Shown piece by piece: positions 60,801-64,000 of a DNA stretch of 64,000 bases. Numbering within the stretch: the first letter of the stretch is position 1; every line of letters begins with the position of its first letter. Below the pieces are notes generated by a model, which saw only the letters and a program-made list of their open reading frames with translations, ran no database searches and was not told the origin of the DNA. Made by a program: the position numbers and the translations under genes. The stretch lies in NCBI RefSeq assembly GCF_009914755.1, contig NC_060946.1; one strand, given 5' to 3'. This DNA is from the human T2T-CHM13v2.0 reference genome, Homo sapiens.

Positions 60801-63271
60801 GCTTCCTTTCGTTGTGGGCTGTTTGTGTCCTGGGACAAAGTGGCTGAGAGTAGAACCCAGACCTGCTTGGGAGGGGAAGGTTGGAGGGGCCCTGGGTGGG
60901 CTTGAGGGGCCCACGAGGCTGGGCTGGGAAGGGGAGGTAAAGGTGGAAGAGACAGGTAACTGTGTGGCTGGTGCTGGCTGGAAGGAGAGGTGGCAAGAAG
61001 GAGGTGGGCATGCTTAGGGCTGGGGCAGCGTCTGGGGTGACCCCCGACCAGGAGGCAGGAGATGGGAGACGTCCCCAGAAGACCCACGCCCCATCTTGAG
61101 AGGGCTGCAGATTTCAGTTGAGGCAAAAGTTGGAGAAAATAGTTCTAGAAAAGCTGAAGAACTGAGAAATGGCCAGGCCTACCACTCTAGTTTTATAGTG
61201 ACAGCGCCACAGCCTTGGTGTCCTGCACCCTTGGAGTTCTGAGTCCAGGCCTCTGACTCCAGCTCAGGGTGGCTCCTCTGTAGGTCTGAGAAGGGGTCAG
61301 CTGGAGGGACCCACAGGGCTTGCAGAAGGATTCAGACCCCAGCATTTCAGGGCAGCACCCCAGGGCCTTGTGTCCCAATAGGAGACCCCTTGTTCATTGG
61401 TGAGTCCTGCAGAGCCAGCCCTCACCACCCTGGTATCCAGGTGGCTCTCATCTGGGCTGTGGAATCCCAGGACTGGGTGGAGACCGTGGGGCCCAGCCCT
61501 CGTGGGCCTGGAGCAGCCATTGGAGACAGGGTTGGCACATGTGGATGGAGCCGGGTCACCCGCACGACGCTGCCTGTGCTTGCTGGGGAGGGTGCTGGGC
61601 GTGGCGGAGTTGAATTTTCCGCCTCTGCACTGGGCAGAGCCTTTCCACGCAGGCCTCTGGCCCCTTGCCACATGTCTGTTATGGGGACCCACACAGCCCC
61701 CCGCCCGGTGGGGATGGGGATGTGGAGGGAAGAGCATACTTATTTGTAGGGCTGAGTGGGCAGAGGCAGATGGGAGCCTCCAAGCTCTTCTCCAACTCAG
61801 CCTCCAGGAAGCAGCCCTGCCCAGGCTGACGTGCTGGAACAGGGTGGCACGGTCCAACTGTTTTCCCCAGGCCTCCCCGAAAGTATGCCACAGCCCAGGC
61901 TCCTCGGAAGCCAGGGGGCCCCCAGCTGCCCTGGTTCCATCCCTCTGCCCGCCCGTGGGCCTTCCTCCCCTGACCCCAGTGCCAGCATTGTCTGTCCTTG
62001 TCACAGGTGGGTACTGTTCTGAGTTGGGGCACTGGGACGTTTCCTGTGGGAATAGAGCTGTTTAAAGTGTGGCTCCCTCTCCTGCCCTCCCTGGGGAGCC
62101 CCCCACCTAATGAAGGTGGGGACTTGGATGAGGTGGCATGGATGCCCGTCCTCTCTTTGTCCCTGACTTCCAGGTAGCCTTTGCTCATGTCTGTCCCAGG
62201 GAAGGGCTGGCTGTGTGGGGCTGTTTCAGGGGCTCCTGATGAAGGCTGCTCCTGGCCCGGGAGCCCAGCAACTGGGGGCTCTGGCCGGCCCTGCTTTCTC
62301 CGTGGGTTGGCGTCCTTGCTGCTGCTGCCAACGGGAGTCCCCAGCTGGAGGAGGCCAAGGCCACTGGCTTCCTGGGGACCCCAGCCTGCCTTGTCACCAA
62401 GAAGAATGGGGTCCTCTCTCTCCAGCATCACTTGAGACAATCCCAGGAAGAATCCATTGTGGGAAAGGCAACCCCTAGTTCCGAGCAGGGTGTCCATGGG
62501 GTGTAGGCAGGAGGTGGGCTGGGTGGGCTCCGGGGGTCCCGGCCGTACAGGGGGTGTTTTCTGTCCTCAGTGTGGGGCTGGGACTTGGGATCCTTGATTG
62601 TTGTTTAGGCCGCCTTCCCGGTTAGAAAATTCATGATAAGCACTGAGGTCTCCCAGGCCAGGCCTCCATCATCCTACGTGGACCACGTTACTCCTGGGCC
62701 ACCCTCAGGCCTGTCTCACCCCCGGGTGCCTGTGCTCTCAGCAGACAGTTGGGGGTGAACAGGCCCACTGGCCCCAGGCACACACCTGCCCTCTGTACCT
62801 TCAAGGAGCCATTGTAAACAGAGTAAGTGAAGTATTTGGAAAATGCCTCTTGAAGGTGGGCCCTGCCGAGGGCTGGGGGAGTGTGGCAGGTTCCCTCGGT
62901 GGGGAGCGAGGCTGCAGAGGTGCCTGGCTGCTGGGTCTCATTTCAGCTTAATGATTATGACTTCCTCCTCCAGACAGGCACATTCCTGTCTCTGACCTTG
63001 CCTTGCAACCGCTGTGGGCAGGGTGGCTAGGTTTGACTCAAATGCAAGGAAAATGGAGAGAAACTTCTGGAAGCTACATAGATAAGAAACCTAAGGAAGG
63101 GGAGACAGAGGAGAAGAAGAGATAGGTGTGCATCTCCAAACACCAGCCCAAGGCAGACTCAGCGAAGGGGCAGAGGGCGTGCCCAGCTGTGCAGGAGCAA
63201 GGGTGGGCGAATGGCGGGAGAAGGAGCAAAGGCAGGAGCCAGGTGCCAGCCTGGTCCTTGGTCCACAGTCA

Positions 63272-63682
<411 letters not shown>

Positions 63683-63780
63683 TCATAATAGAAAACATTC
63701 AAAATGTCCAGCACGCTTTTGAACTAGAGAGCAGCGGGCTGGGAGCCCAAGTGTCCTTCGTCCCTTTGTGGTTGGTACCA

Positions 63781-64000
63781 CCCCTGGCCACTCCTGTCCT
63801 GGGGAACCGTGTCCTCCCTGCCTCCACCCCTGGCCACTCCTGTCCTGGGGAACCGTGTCCTCCCTGCCCCCGCCCCCGGCCACTCCTGTCCTGGGGGACC
63901 GTGTCCTCCCTGCCCCCACCCCTGGCCACTCCTGTCCTGGGGGACCGTGTCCTCCCTGCCCCCGCCCCCGGCCACTCCTGTCCTGGGGGACCGTGTCCTC
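63781..64000 (+). repeat. 46-bp minisatellite, at least 4.8 copies, running off the window end
   Basis: Unit cccc(t/c)ggccactcctgtcctgggg(a/g)accgtgtcctccctgccccc(a/g). Confidence 0.93.

Overview
Primate, almost certainly human, genomic DNA covering the 5' part of GRAMD4 (GRAM domain containing 4, also called DIP; 22q13.31) on the + strand. The anchor is a 211-nt exon (55372-55582) encoding the GRAMD4 N-terminus MLRRLDKIRFRGHKRDDFLDLAESPNASDTECSDEIPLKVPRTSPRDSEELRDP, recognised from memory of the protein. A CpG-island promoter (~5900-7030) holds a first exon ending at 6633; its ATG splices in frame onto that exon and would add 26 aa. A second candidate first exon ends at 49251. The rest is GC-rich intron with about 30 Alus, old L1M/L2/MIR fragments, MaLR and ERV1 LTRs, hAT DNA-transposon relics and many minisatellites. 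Nearly all ORFs in the supplied track are noise. I found no proven new system. The best candidates are: (1) a 131-bp duplication of the exon donor that could create a 39-nt stop-containing poison microexon; (2) two strong non-Alu inverted repeats in intron 1; (3) four large VNTRs that each sit inside an ancient transposon; (4) layered start-codon/uORF control; (5) a solo LTR10-like element with p53-family half-sites upstream of the promoter. Repeat subfamily names come from recognition, not a database search, and repeat boundaries are approximate.
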